This document shows positions 48,539-58,053 of a stretch of DNA of 64,000 nt, one piece after another. This DNA is from an uncultured Actinomycetes bacterium (GTDB lineage: Bacteria > Actinomycetota > Thermoleophilia > UBA2241). The stretch's first letter is position 1. Every line of letters starts with the position of its first letter. The notes under the pieces were generated by a model that was given only the letters and a program-made list of their open reading frames with translations, made no database searches and was not told the origin of the DNA. The position numbers and the translations under genes are program-made. The DNA lies in contig CAVWIH010000014.1 in NCBI GenBank assembly GCA_963755025.1, positions 378,701 through 442,700 of the forward strand. The letters are read 5' to 3'.

Positions 48539-50077
48539 ATGACATGGTCGGGGCCCGATACCACAGCCCGGGCGCGTCGCGTCGCAAGCGCGCAGCAGAC
48601 CGTTGCCTGGCTGCGCTCACGTCGCCATCTGGTGATGGCGCTCACCGTGGCCGGCGTCGCGGTGTCGTTCCTCCTCGACCTCGTCATACCCGGGTACGCG
48701 ATCGCCGGGCTGTACCTTGTGCCGCTGCTCCTCGTTGCCTTCGTGCTCCGCGAGCGACGCATCGTCGCCTTGGTCGGCGTCCTGTGCCTGGCCTTGACCG
48801 TGCTCATGATGATCGTCCAAGGTCGAGCGGACAGCCAGAACATCCTGCTCATCGTGTTTGGTGCGCTCGCCGGAAGCGGGCTGATCGTGTTGGGGTCCAT
48901 GTACCAGCGATTCGACCAGCTCTACGAGAACGAGAGGTCGACGACGGCACGGCTCCATTCCCTGGCCGCACAGGTGCAGCGGCTCCAGGAAGTGTCGGTG
49001 CTCGACTCGGACCGTCCGCTGTCGGAACTGCTCCTGGACGTCGTCAGGCAGGCGCGCCAGCTCCTCGGCAGTGACGGCGGCAGCCTGTTCCGCTTCGAGG
49101 CCGCCGAACACGTGCTGAGCCTGCAGGCGGCAGACGGTCTGTCTGACGACCGCACCCCAACTCCCTTGCCGATCGGCGACGACCCCCTCGGTCGGGCGGT
49201 CTCATCGAGGCGGCCGGTGGCCCTGCCCGACGTCGCAGCGGGGCAAAGCGATGTTCGCAGTCCCGACATCGGCTGCCGCGCCTGCCTGGCGGTGCCTTTG
49301 GTCGTGCGTGACGATGTGTACGGCGTGATCGCGCTGTACTACGGCAGGGCCACGACCTTTGACGACAACGAGGTCCGCCTTGCCTCGTCGTTTGCCGATC
49401 AGGCCGCCCTGGCCATCGAGAACGCCCGGCTGCGCGAGCAGATCGAGCGCGGCGCTGCGGCTGCCGAGCGCTCGCGCCTCGCCCGCGAGCTGCACGACTC
49501 GGTGACGCAGTCGCTGTTCGCCGCCAGCCTCACGGCCGAGGCCCTGCTGCAAGATCCCGAGCCGGCGTCGGCGCGGGCACGCCGGAACCTGCTCGACGTG
49601 CAGCGGCTCACGCGAGGCGCTCTCGCCGAGATGCGCACGCTGCTGCTCGAGATGCGCCCGGGCACCCTGGCGCAGTCGTCGCTCGACGACCTGCTGGCGC
49701 ACGTCGTGCAGGCCGCCGAGGCTCGCACACACACGGCGATCGCGCTGAACGTCGACGACGACCTGCGGGCGCTGCCCGCCGACGTGACCGTCGCTCTGTA
49801 CCGCATCGCCCAGGAGGCCACGAACAACATGGTGCGCCACGCCCAGGCCGGCCGGGCGTGGGTGACGCTGGCGCACTCAGACGATACCGTACGACTTCTG
49901 GTCGGCGACGACGGCGAGGGGTTCGACCGCGCCAGCGTCGGCGCCGAGCAGCTCGGGCTGCGCATCATGCGCGAGCGAGCCGAGGCCGTGGGGGCCCGTC
50001 TGGAGGTCGACACCAGGGTCGGTGACGGCACGGAGGTCAGCGTCACGTGGTCGGCCGGGCAGGAGGATGGGGCGTGA
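48539..50077 (+). CDS. Membrane GAF-domain sensor histidine kinase (HisKA_3)
   Basis: 4 TM segments, GAF region, ERSRLARELHDSVTQ H-box, QEATNN, DDGEGF; start uncertain. Confidence 0.9.
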   Translation: MTWSGPDTTARARRVASAQQTVAWLRSRRHLVMALTVAGVAVSFLLDLVIPGYAIAGLYLVPLLLVAFVLRERRIVALVGVLCLALTVLMMIVQGRADSQNILLIVFGALAGSGLIVLGSMYQRFDQLYENERSTTARLHSLAAQVQRLQEVSVLDSDRPLSELLLDVVRQARQLLGSDGGSLFRFEAAEHVLSLQAADGLSDDRTPTPLPIGDDPLGRAVSSRRPVALPDVAAGQSDVRSPDIGCRACLAVPLVVRDDVYGVIALYYGRATTFDDNEVRLASSFADQAALAIENARLREQIERGAAAAERSRLARELHDSVTQSLFAASLTAEALLQDPEPASARARRNLLDVQRLTRGALAEMRTLLLEMRPGTLAQSSLDDLLAHVVQAAEARTHTAIALNVDDDLRALPADVTVALYRIAQEATNNMVRHAQAGRAWVTLAHSDDTVRLLVGDDGEGFDRASVGAEQLGLRIMRERAEAVGARLEVDTRVGDGTEVSVTWSAGQEDGA

Positions 50078-50721
50078 ACAGTAACGCGGCGGCGCCGACG
50101 ATCAGGGTGATGATCGTCGACGACCACGAGCTGGTGCGCAGCGGGCTCGAGAACATCCTGCGCCTGTTCGACGACATCGAGCTGGTGGCGCAGGCCGACA
50201 GCGGGGCGCAGGCCGTCAGGTCGTGCGGGCAGGCCAGGCCCGACGTGGTCCTCATGGACCTCGTCATGCCGGGCATGAACGGCGTGGCGGCGACCGAGGT
50301 GTTGCTGCGCGAGCACCCCGGCACGCGCGTGCTGGCGCTGACCAGCTTCTCAGACGAGGAGCTGATCGAGGGCGCGCTGCGCGCCGGGGCGATCGGCTAC
50401 CTGCTCAAGAACATCAGCGGCGCACAGCTGGCCGACGCCATCCGCGCCGCCCACGCCGGCCGCTCGACCCTCGCTCCCGAGGCCGCCGAGGCCCTGATCC
50501 ACGTGGTCTCCACGCCCGACGCCCCCGGCGGCGACCTCACCCGGCGCGAGCGTCAGGTGCTCGCTCTCATGGCCGAGGGGCTGTCGAACGCCGACATCGC
50601 CGACCGCCTGGTGATCAGCCGCTCGACCGCCAAGACCCACGTGAGCAGCGTGATCGCCAAGCTCGGCGCCTCGAGCCGTACCGAAGCGGCCACCATCGCC
50701 GTGCGGCGGCGGCTCGTTTAG
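50074..50721 (+). CDS. NarL/LuxR-family response regulator
   Basis: IVDDHELVR, DVVLMD, GYLLK, LTRRERQVLALMAEGLSN; GTGA overlap with kinase. Confidence 0.93.
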   Translation: MNSNAAAPTIRVMIVDDHELVRSGLENILRLFDDIELVAQADSGAQAVRSCGQARPDVVLMDLVMPGMNGVAATEVLLREHPGTRVLALTSFSDEELIEGALRAGAIGYLLKNISGAQLADAIRAAHAGRSTLAPEAAEALIHVVSTPDAPGGDLTRRERQVLALMAEGLSNADIADRLVISRSTAKTHVSSVIAKLGASSRTEAATIAVRRRLV

Positions 50722-50742
50722 GCGCTCGGCCTGCGGCGGAGT

Positions 50743-51024
50743 TCAAGCTGCGTCGTCGATGCGCTCGTCTAACCGGACCGTGACTGCTTCGCCGGCCTTC
50801 TTGCCGATCGCGCGGCGGACATCGTTTGTGATCAGAAGCTTGTGCAGACCTTCACCCATCGTCATGAACGAACTGCGAAACGGGTGACCGTCGGCCGTGC
50901 CCCGCACCTTGACCAGCCCGCGGGTACCGAAATACTCGACCGATCCGGGCCAGACGACGTAGCCCCAGCCGCCGCTCTTGCTCCTTTGCAGAGGCACGAC
51001 GAACTCGGTACTGATTGCGCTCAT
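50743..51024 (-). CDS. DUF1905 domain protein
   Basis: [37 protein letters not shown]. Confidence 0.8.
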   Translation of the reverse strand: MSAISTEFVVPLQRSKSGGWGYVVWPGSVEYFGTRGLVKVRGTADGHPFRSSFMTMGEGLHKLLITNDVRRAIGKKAGEAVTVRLDERIDDAA

Positions 51025-51158
51025 GAGAACTCCCTCCACGACATAGCTGTCTCACGCATTCGATGTGGCAAAACGTTCTTCGTGATCTCGATTCAGACCA
51101 TTCGCACCATCGCAGGCGGCACGGCGCGCCGACTCGCTCTCCAGCGCTGCCACCATCG

Positions 51159-52382
51159 TCAGACCCAGTCGTAGGCGCTCTCGCCGTGGATCTCCTCGTC
51201 GAGACCCTTGAGCTGCACCTGGTGTGACAGCTGCACGCTGGCGACCAGGTCGACGACCTTCAGGATGGCGAAGCTCATGCAGAAGGCGTAGCTCACGGCG
51301 ATGGCGACGCCGGCGCACTGCAGGCCGAACTGCCTGCCGTCGCCGGCCAGCAGGCCGTTGTGGCCGCCGACCGACGCGTAGGCGAACCAGCCCACGCACA
51401 GCGTGCCGAACAGGCCGCCGACGCCGTGCACGCCCCAGACGTCGAGCGAGTCGTCCCAGCCACGCTTGGCGCGCAGGTGGGTGGCGCCGTAGCAGATCCA
51501 GCCGGCGGCCAGGGCGACCATGGCAGCCGCCCAGGTGGGCACGTAGCCCGCGCAGGGGGTCACGGCGACGAGCCCGGCGAGCACCCCGGTGAGGGCGCCC
51601 ACCATGCCGGCCTTGCCGGTGCGCACCCAGTCGGTGAACATCCACACCAGCATGGCCAGGCCGCCGGCGATGAAGGTGTTCACGAACGCCTGCGCGGCGA
51701 CCCCGTTGGCGTGCATGGCGCCGGCCGGATTGTCGCCCAGCCAGCCGAACCACAGCAGCCCGAGGCCGATGGCGATCAGCGGGATGTTGCTGGGCCGTTC
51801 GTCTTCGCCGGGCGCGAACACGCGCTTGCGCACCACGTAGACCGAGGCCAGCGCGGCAAAGCCGGCGCTCGCGTGCACGACCATGCCGCCGCCGAAGTCG
51901 AGCACGCCCCACCGCTGCAAGAAGCCGCCGCCCCAGACCCAGTGCGCCAGCGGCACGTAGACCAGCAGGCTCCACATGGTGAGAAAGGCGATGTAGCTCT
52001 TGAACGGCACGCGGTCGGCGAAGGCGCCCGTGATCAGCGCCGGCGTGAGGGCCGCGACGGTGAGCTGAAAGACGAAGAAGGCGAGGAAGGGCACAGACGG
52101 GGCGTACTGCGCGTTGGGCGCCTGGCCGACGTTGTTCAAGAAGAAGTAGTGCAGGTTGCCGATGATGCCGTGCACGTCGGGACCAAAAGCCAGGCTGAAC
52201 CCGCAGATGACCCAGATGGCCGTCACGACGCCGAGGCTCACGAAGCTCTGCATCATGATGGTGATGACGTTCTTGCGGCGCACCAGGCCACCGTAGAAGA
52301 ACGCCAGACCGGGTGTCATGATCGCCACCAGCGCGGCGCAGAGTAAGACGAACGCGGTGTCACCTGGGCTGATGTGGTTCAT
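51159..52382 (-). CDS. amt: Second ammonium transporter (Amt family), divergent pore residues
   Basis: MNHISPGDTAFVLLCAALVAIMTPGLAFFYGGLVRRKN, DFGGGMVVH, DVWGVHGVGG; GGAGGG RBS. Confidence 0.93.
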   Translation of the reverse strand: MNHISPGDTAFVLLCAALVAIMTPGLAFFYGGLVRRKNVITIMMQSFVSLGVVTAIWVICGFSLAFGPDVHGIIGNLHYFFLNNVGQAPNAQYAPSVPFLAFFVFQLTVAALTPALITGAFADRVPFKSYIAFLTMWSLLVYVPLAHWVWGGGFLQRWGVLDFGGGMVVHASAGFAALASVYVVRKRVFAPGEDERPSNIPLIAIGLGLLWFGWLGDNPAGAMHANGVAAQAFVNTFIAGGLAMLVWMFTDWVRTGKAGMVGALTGVLAGLVAVTPCAGYVPTWAAAMVALAAGWICYGATHLRAKRGWDDSLDVWGVHGVGGLFGTLCVGWFAYASVGGHNGLLAGDGRQFGLQCAGVAIAVSYAFCMSFAILKVVDLVASVQLSHQVQLKGLDEEIHGESAYDWV

Positions 52383-52600
52383 GACGGCGCTCCCTCCTGC
52401 CGTTGGCGCAGTGACGGGACCATGCAGAATCCGGCACGAGACCAAGCCGCCGGCTGCTGGCTGCAATCAGACCACGAGCAGTCGAGCGGCGCATCGGGCT
52501 GCGGGCCAGTATGGGAGTGGGCCGCTTGGCCAGCCTGCGCATCGGCCAGATGGCCGATGACTTCTAAGATGGTCGCCGTCGCACCCAGCGCGGCTATCGG

Positions 52601-53923
52601 TCAGGCGACCCACACGAACAAGGCGATCGCAATGAGGCCGGCCGCCAGCCAGCGCAGTCGGTCGGCTCGTGACGGCGGGACGCCGGCGACGATCGAAAGA
52701 CCGGCGAACACGAGCAGTATCGGAAAGTCGACGTACCGTTCAAACCAGCGCGGGTTAGCCATGGCGCTCAGCAGCAGGCCGAGGAGCGCGCCGATAAGCA
52801 CGCGACTTCTCGGCTCGGAGATCCGAGTCGACACGATAGCCGCGGTCGCCGCCGTCCCCAAGGGCACCAGGGCCCACCAGAGCAAGCTCACCCCCGCGAC
52901 CTGTGGGGCGTCGACACGAGTGAGCAGAGCGATGAATGCCACGCTTGGGTTGAGCACGCCGGCGGCAAGCAGCGCTCCCGCGCCGACCGCCGGGAGCGCG
53001 ACGCCGACCAGCCAGGTCGGGTGTTCTCGAGCGCGTCGCGCCCAGGCGACGAGCTCGGCGGTCGGGACCATGATGAGGGCATACGTGCCGACGACGCCAA
53101 GGCTCAGCAGGAGGTTGCGCGCACGGCGGGCGACTTCGATAGAGGTAGCCGTGGCGCCGCCGGAGGGCAGGAGAGCGCCCCAGTAGGTGAGCAGCGCCGC
53201 CAGGGGCACGACACCGAGGACGATCAGGCCGAGACCAGCCAGCCGTCGACCGCGCGAGACCGGCACGCTCATCAGCGTGACCAGAGCGGGCAGCACAAGC
53301 CACACCGCGATCTGGCGCATGAGCGTGGCGGCAGCAAGGCAGGCGGCGAACCCGGCCAGCCGGGCCAAGGTCGGTCGTTGCAGGTAGGCGAAGAGGCGCT
53401 CGAGCCCGAGCACCACGAAGAACCAGGTCGGGTTGTCGGTGAGCACGTGAAATGACTGGCCGAAGAACAGCGGAGAGACGACGAGCAGCAAGGTCAAGGC
53501 GAGCGCGTCGAGAGGCCCGGCGCGAAGACGATCGCGAAACAGCACGTAAGCGACCGCACAGGTGCCCCACGAGAACGCGGCGACCACGAGCCGTATGGCC
53601 ACGAGGGAGCTGCCGAACGGTCGCGAGAGCGCCGCCAGCAGCCAGTATACGAGCGGGCCTTCCCAAGAGGCGTACCCCTTAAGGAGCGGGCGGGGCCACT
53701 GGCGGATCACCATCTGGACGATCTGGTAATGGACGCCCTCGTCGCCTGCCTGGAAGGCGTTGAAGTCGCGGTAGAGCCCGTGGGTTCCGACGATGATCAA
53801 GACGAAGGGCAGCGCCAGCAGGAACAGATGCGCCCAGCGAGACTCAGACAGCAGGGGCAGACGGCTGGTGACGCTGGTGCTCGGAGGAGCTATCGCGGAT
53901 GTGTGTTGCATCGAGCAAGTCAC
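52601..53923 (-). CDS. GT-C (PMT/family 39-like) membrane glycosyltransferase
   Basis: GDEGVHY after first TM, GPLVYWLLA, LTDNP, LMRQ; about 11 TM segments; alternative start ATG 53911. Confidence 0.7.
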   Translation of the reverse strand: MTCSMQHTSAIAPPSTSVTSRLPLLSESRWAHLFLLALPFVLIIVGTHGLYRDFNAFQAGDEGVHYQIVQMVIRQWPRPLLKGYASWEGPLVYWLLAALSRPFGSSLVAIRLVVAAFSWGTCAVAYVLFRDRLRAGPLDALALTLLLVVSPLFFGQSFHVLTDNPTWFFVVLGLERLFAYLQRPTLARLAGFAACLAAATLMRQIAVWLVLPALVTLMSVPVSRGRRLAGLGLIVLGVVPLAALLTYWGALLPSGGATATSIEVARRARNLLLSLGVVGTYALIMVPTAELVAWARRAREHPTWLVGVALPAVGAGALLAAGVLNPSVAFIALLTRVDAPQVAGVSLLWWALVPLGTAATAAIVSTRISEPRSRVLIGALLGLLLSAMANPRWFERYVDFPILLVFAGLSIVAGVPPSRADRLRWLAAGLIAIALFVWVA

Positions 53924-54030
53924 CTTCTCTTCGCTGTGTACCTACTGGCAGGTATCGGCGCTATCGAAGGCGACTGTAGCCGGGGACGGCTTGCGGCAGA
54001 CCAGGCCGCCGGGAGAAATGGTCGGCCCGC

Positions 54031-54879
54031 TCAGAGGCCGCCGATGCGGCTGACGGGCCAGTAGGTGAAGAACGCCTCACCGATGATCGCGCCCTTCGGC
54101 ACGGCGCCCCAATAGCGGCTGTCGTCTGAGTCGGTGCGGTTGTCGCCCATCACGAAGTAGCGGCCCACAGGCACGCGATAGGGCTGGGCGAGCGACCACG
54201 GCGGGCTCGGATCGTCGCTCGTCGAAGAGTAGGCGGGCCGGGTCGGCTCCACGACACCGCCAACCTTGTCGACAAAGGAGTCGCTGGCCTGCACGCCGTT
54301 TACGTAAAGTCGCCCGTTGCGCAGCGCCAGCAGATCGCCAGGCAGGCCCACGACCCGCTTGATGAGCACCTCGTTACCGAGCGCAGCACTGCGAAAGACG
54401 ATGATGTCGCCACGATGGACGGACCGGAAGCGATAGACCAGGCGGTCGACCAGCACGCGTTGATTGGGCACCAGAGTGTTGGCCATCGAGTCCGAGGGAA
54501 TGCGGTAGGACTTGACCACGTAAGCCTGCACGAGCCACGCACAACCAACCGCCAGCAGCGCGGTGAGGGTCCAGGCCAGGATCGCACGGCCCAGGCGGCC
54601 ACTGGACCTGACTCTGTGAAGTTCGCCGCCAGTGGCTGGCCCAGGCGCTGCGATCTCTGTGGGCAGATGCTCGCCAGGGCGGGCGCGCAGCTCGGGAGGG
54701 ACTGGCCTGACGCGCGCGGCGGGCTCCTGCGAGTGCCGCCATTCGGGCGCCGTATAGATGCCGTGCTCGACCAGATGGGCGCGCAATCGCCAGCGGTTGC
54801 CGAAACGTGCACGGCAGCGCGAGCACACGAAGGTCACGTCCGAGCGGTCCGGGTCCGGTCTACCCTGTACGCCGCTCAT
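54031..54879 (-). CDS. lepB: Signal peptidase I with N-terminal C2H2 zinc finger
   Basis: IPSDSM (Ser), IKRVVGLPGD (Lys), MGDNRTDSDDSRYWG; N-terminal FVCSRCRARFGNRWRLRAHLVEH before the TM helix. Confidence 0.85.
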   Translation of the reverse strand: MSGVQGRPDPDRSDVTFVCSRCRARFGNRWRLRAHLVEHGIYTAPEWRHSQEPAARVRPVPPELRARPGEHLPTEIAAPGPATGGELHRVRSSGRLGRAILAWTLTALLAVGCAWLVQAYVVKSYRIPSDSMANTLVPNQRVLVDRLVYRFRSVHRGDIIVFRSAALGNEVLIKRVVGLPGDLLALRNGRLYVNGVQASDSFVDKVGGVVEPTRPAYSSTSDDPSPPWSLAQPYRVPVGRYFVMGDNRTDSDDSRYWGAVPKGAIIGEAFFTYWPVSRIGGL

Positions 54880-55860
54880 TGCCTAGGCTGCCTGTTCGGG
54901 CGTTGCTGCCACCTCACGTGGATCTCCCTCAGTACGCTGTGCGGCGAGCCAACGGGGTAGCCCTCGCCGGCCGACGCGGGTCGCGCTACCAGCTGCGTAA
55001 TCGTTGAAGTTGCCAAGCCATGGGGTCGCCGCGCCAACGCCGCTGTCGAGCTGCTGTTGAGCTGCACACGAAGGCTCACGTTCTCGGTGCCGGGCCCTAC
55101 GTGCAAGGGCATGTGAGCTGAGCTGGGATTCCGGGCAGGCGCCGCGCTGGTCGGCCACCTGGGGGGCCGAGCGCATCGCCCAGCCCATCGCCTCTCGTGA
55201 TGTTACTGGAGGTGGCGGTGAGGCGCACGCCCGGCGGCTGCGCCACATGCTGCGCCTGGCAGACAAGCCCTCCGGGTACCCCAGGCGAGCGATGAGCACA
55301 GCGACCCAAGCTCTCGCTTCTCAGGCCTTAACATGAGCAGCCGCGAATCCCAAGATCGCCCCGTCTGCAGGGTAAACGACGAAACAAATCCGAAGCCTCA
55401 GCGGGTCCGTACGTACCTTCTGAGCCTTGACGCCCACGAAAATGGCCGGTAAGGTCCGCCGCGTTTACCGGCTAGGCAACGCCTCGACACCGACCAACAA
55501 TGCACGGCGCTCCATGACGGTGCGCGCCCTAAGGAAGTCCGCCAGACTTCCGAAAGGAGGCAGGTCATGTACCGGCAACGTTCGGCTCCGGCCATCCGGC
55601 ACCTTACCCACTCTTCTGCCGTCAGACTCCTCTTAGCAGCCACCAGACGACGCTAGCTGCGCTGCTCCCCCCTGCGCTGGGGGCGAGGGCCGCCCGGGCG
55701 GCCCACCCCGCGCTCCCCAGCTCCACTGCATAGGTCGGGCGAGCTTCAGCATGCCTTGTTCGTTCCATAGGCGAGGGTCGCGAGCAGGAAGGCGCGGCAT
55801 GACAGGAAGGGTGGCCGCCAAACCAGGCCAGCCTTCACAGGCAAGGAAACGGAGCCCTGG

Positions 55861-57882
55861 ATGAAACGCCAGCACCTCATCGGCGCGGCCGTAGCGACGA
55901 TCGTGATCATCCTCGTCGCCTCGGCCGTCGCCTCGGCGATGTCGCCACCCAAGCAGCACGTGACCGGTGCCGCCGGCCAGCACGACCGCGGCAAGGTCTG
56001 GAGCGGGTCGCACACCAAGGCCATGCCGACATCCGACCCGAGCCCATCGACGGCGCCGACGTCCACGCAGGCATCCTCGGTGGCCGCAGCCGCGACGCCT
56101 ACGGCGACGCCGAGCGCAGCACCCACTACGGCGCCAGCGCCCTCGACGACCGCGACGCCGAGCACAGCGCCCACTCCAGCGCCCGCGCCCTCGACGACGC
56201 CGACGGCGACATCCGGGAAGACGCCCAAGCCCTCGGCAGCCCCGACCTCGACGCCCACCGCCACGCCCACGACGACCCCCGCGCAGACCAAAGCGCAACT
56301 GCTGGCGAGGCAGAAGAAGGCGCGCCGCGCAGCCGCACGCCGTGCCGCGGCCCTGGCACGACGCGAAGCTGCAGCGGCGGCACGCCGAGCCAAGGCGGCG
56401 CGTCAGGCAGCGGCAGCGCGGCAGGCGGAGACTGCGGCGGCCGCGCGTGAATCAACGGCTGCGCCGGTGACAGCTGCGGTAGCGCCACCAGCGCCGGCCG
56501 GCCCTTCGCTCGCAGCGGGGGCATACAACCTCTCGGGTTGGGCGCAGGCGCTGCTGAAGGCCCTCGACATGCCCCTCAGCGCCCAGAACGTCACTGCGAT
56601 CACGTCTTGGGAGATAGCTGAAGGCGGCAACTGGCACAACTCGGCGCACTACAACCCACTCGACACGACCATGCCCGAGCCTGGTTCGACCGCGATGAAC
56701 TCGGTCGGCGTACAGGCGTACACGAGCTGGTCCGAGGGGCTTACGGCCACGGTCGCCACGCTGACAAACGGCCTGTACGGCGGCATCCTCGCCGCTCTGC
56801 GAGCAGGTGACAGCGCCCTCGCCGTGTCGGCTGCGGTGGGCGACTCGCCGTGGGGCACCGGAACCTTCGCGGTCTGGACGACCGCGCCGCCGACGCAGAC
56901 CGCGACGCCCACGCCGACCGCGACCCCCACGGTCACCCCCACGCCCACGCCCACCCCGACCAAGAGCACGACCCCCACGCCCACCCCGACCCCGACCGTG
57001 ACTCCCACGGTCACCCCGACCACGACCCCCACGCCGGTCTCCGGCGACACCACGGTCACCGGCCAGACCTTCAACACCTACACCATCCCCGCCGGCACCC
57101 ACGACGTGGACTACGTCGCCTGCACCTTCAACGGCGGTAACGCCTGCACAGCCGTGCTCACCTTGAACCAGACCTGCTACGACCTCACCTTCACCGACTG
57201 CACGGTCGGCTCGGGCCCCTGGAACGGCGTCACCATCAACGTCACAAACGGCAACATCCACGACATCACCTTCACCGGCTGCCACATCCTGGCGGCGGGG
57301 CGCATGGGCATCGAGTGCACGCAGCGTCCGGCCTCCAACACCGTGGGCTACAAGGACATGAAGTTCATCAACGACACGATCGAGCCCTCAGCCGAAGAGG
57401 CGATGAGCTTCGACGGCGGCTACTTCGCCGCCAACAGCCTGATCGACGGCTGCACGATCAACGGCTCCGACAACCAGGCAAACCCGGCCTACTCGGGCGC
57501 CATCGAGATCAACGGCCCGACCTACTTCACGGTGCAGAACACGACGATCTACGCCTGCCGCAAGAACGCCTTCAACCTCGAAGGTCCGGCCGGCGCCAAC
57601 GGTCACCTCGTCTTTGCAAACGACACGGTCGACTACTCCGTGCAGAAGGAGAGCCAGCCCACCGACGCCTCCACGGCGCGCCTCACCGAGCTGCAGAACG
57701 TCAACGACGCGGTCTTTAGCAACTGCAAGTTCGTCATGGGCCACGCCTGGAACGCGGGCTACTGGACGAGCTCCTCCAACAACGACCTCTCGACCTCGAC
57801 CCTGACGGGCTCGGGTAACGGCGGCAGCGGCTTCACGCTCGACTCCGCCAGCACCGGCAACAAGCTGCCGCAGAGCAAGTAA
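55861..57882 (+). CDS. Secreted modular protein: Pro/Thr linker, Ala/Arg helix, lysozyme-like domain, PT linker, right-handed beta-helix
   Basis: Signal peptide; WEIAEGGNWHNSAHYNPLDTT...GVQAYTSW; TPTPTP repeats; Asn/Thr-rich repeats such as DITFTGCHI, FINDTI, IDGCTING. Confidence 0.75.
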   Translation: MKRQHLIGAAVATIVIILVASAVASAMSPPKQHVTGAAGQHDRGKVWSGSHTKAMPTSDPSPSTAPTSTQASSVAAAATPTATPSAAPTTAPAPSTTATPSTAPTPAPAPSTTPTATSGKTPKPSAAPTSTPTATPTTTPAQTKAQLLARQKKARRAAARRAAALARREAAAAARRAKAARQAAAARQAETAAAARESTAAPVTAAVAPPAPAGPSLAAGAYNLSGWAQALLKALDMPLSAQNVTAITSWEIAEGGNWHNSAHYNPLDTTMPEPGSTAMNSVGVQAYTSWSEGLTATVATLTNGLYGGILAALRAGDSALAVSAAVGDSPWGTGTFAVWTTAPPTQTATPTPTATPTVTPTPTPTPTKSTTPTPTPTPTVTPTVTPTTTPTPVSGDTTVTGQTFNTYTIPAGTHDVDYVACTFNGGNACTAVLTLNQTCYDLTFTDCTVGSGPWNGVTINVTNGNIHDITFTGCHILAAGRMGIECTQRPASNTVGYKDMKFINDTIEPSAEEAMSFDGGYFAANSLIDGCTINGSDNQANPAYSGAIEINGPTYFTVQNTTIYACRKNAFNLEGPAGANGHLVFANDTVDYSVQKESQPTDASTARLTELQNVNDAVFSNCKFVMGHAWNAGYWTSSSNNDLSTSTLTGSGNGGSGFTLDSASTGNKLPQSK

Positions 57883-57925
57883 CAGCAACTCCACAAGGCA
57901 GCGAGCTGTCCCAGGGCAGCGAGAC

Positions 57926-57968
57926 GCGGCGGGGCGGGCCACCTGACGGTGGCCCGCCCCGCCGCTTT
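57926..57968 (+). terminator. Intrinsic terminator
   Basis: 18-bp perfect inverted repeat GCGGCGGGGCGGGCCACC-tgac-GGTGGCCCGCCCCGCCGC then TTT. Confidence 0.85.
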
Positions 57969-58053
57969 ACGTGCCCGTCCGGACGAGCCCGCTGCCCTTT
58001 CCGCGACCGACCTTGTACTGTATGGCTACTATCGTGCAGGTCTTGGGGGGGTC

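Noticed and set aside
55330-55860. c-di-AMP (ydaO) or c-di-GMP riboswitch upstream of the cell-wall hydrolase-like gene
   Set aside because: Diagnostic segments such as GGGGUGAAUC, CAGCUAAC or GGCAAACC...GACGCAAAGC are not present
56890-57035. ACGCCC/ACCCCG repeats as a non-coding repeat element
   Set aside because: They encode an ordinary Thr-Pro linker
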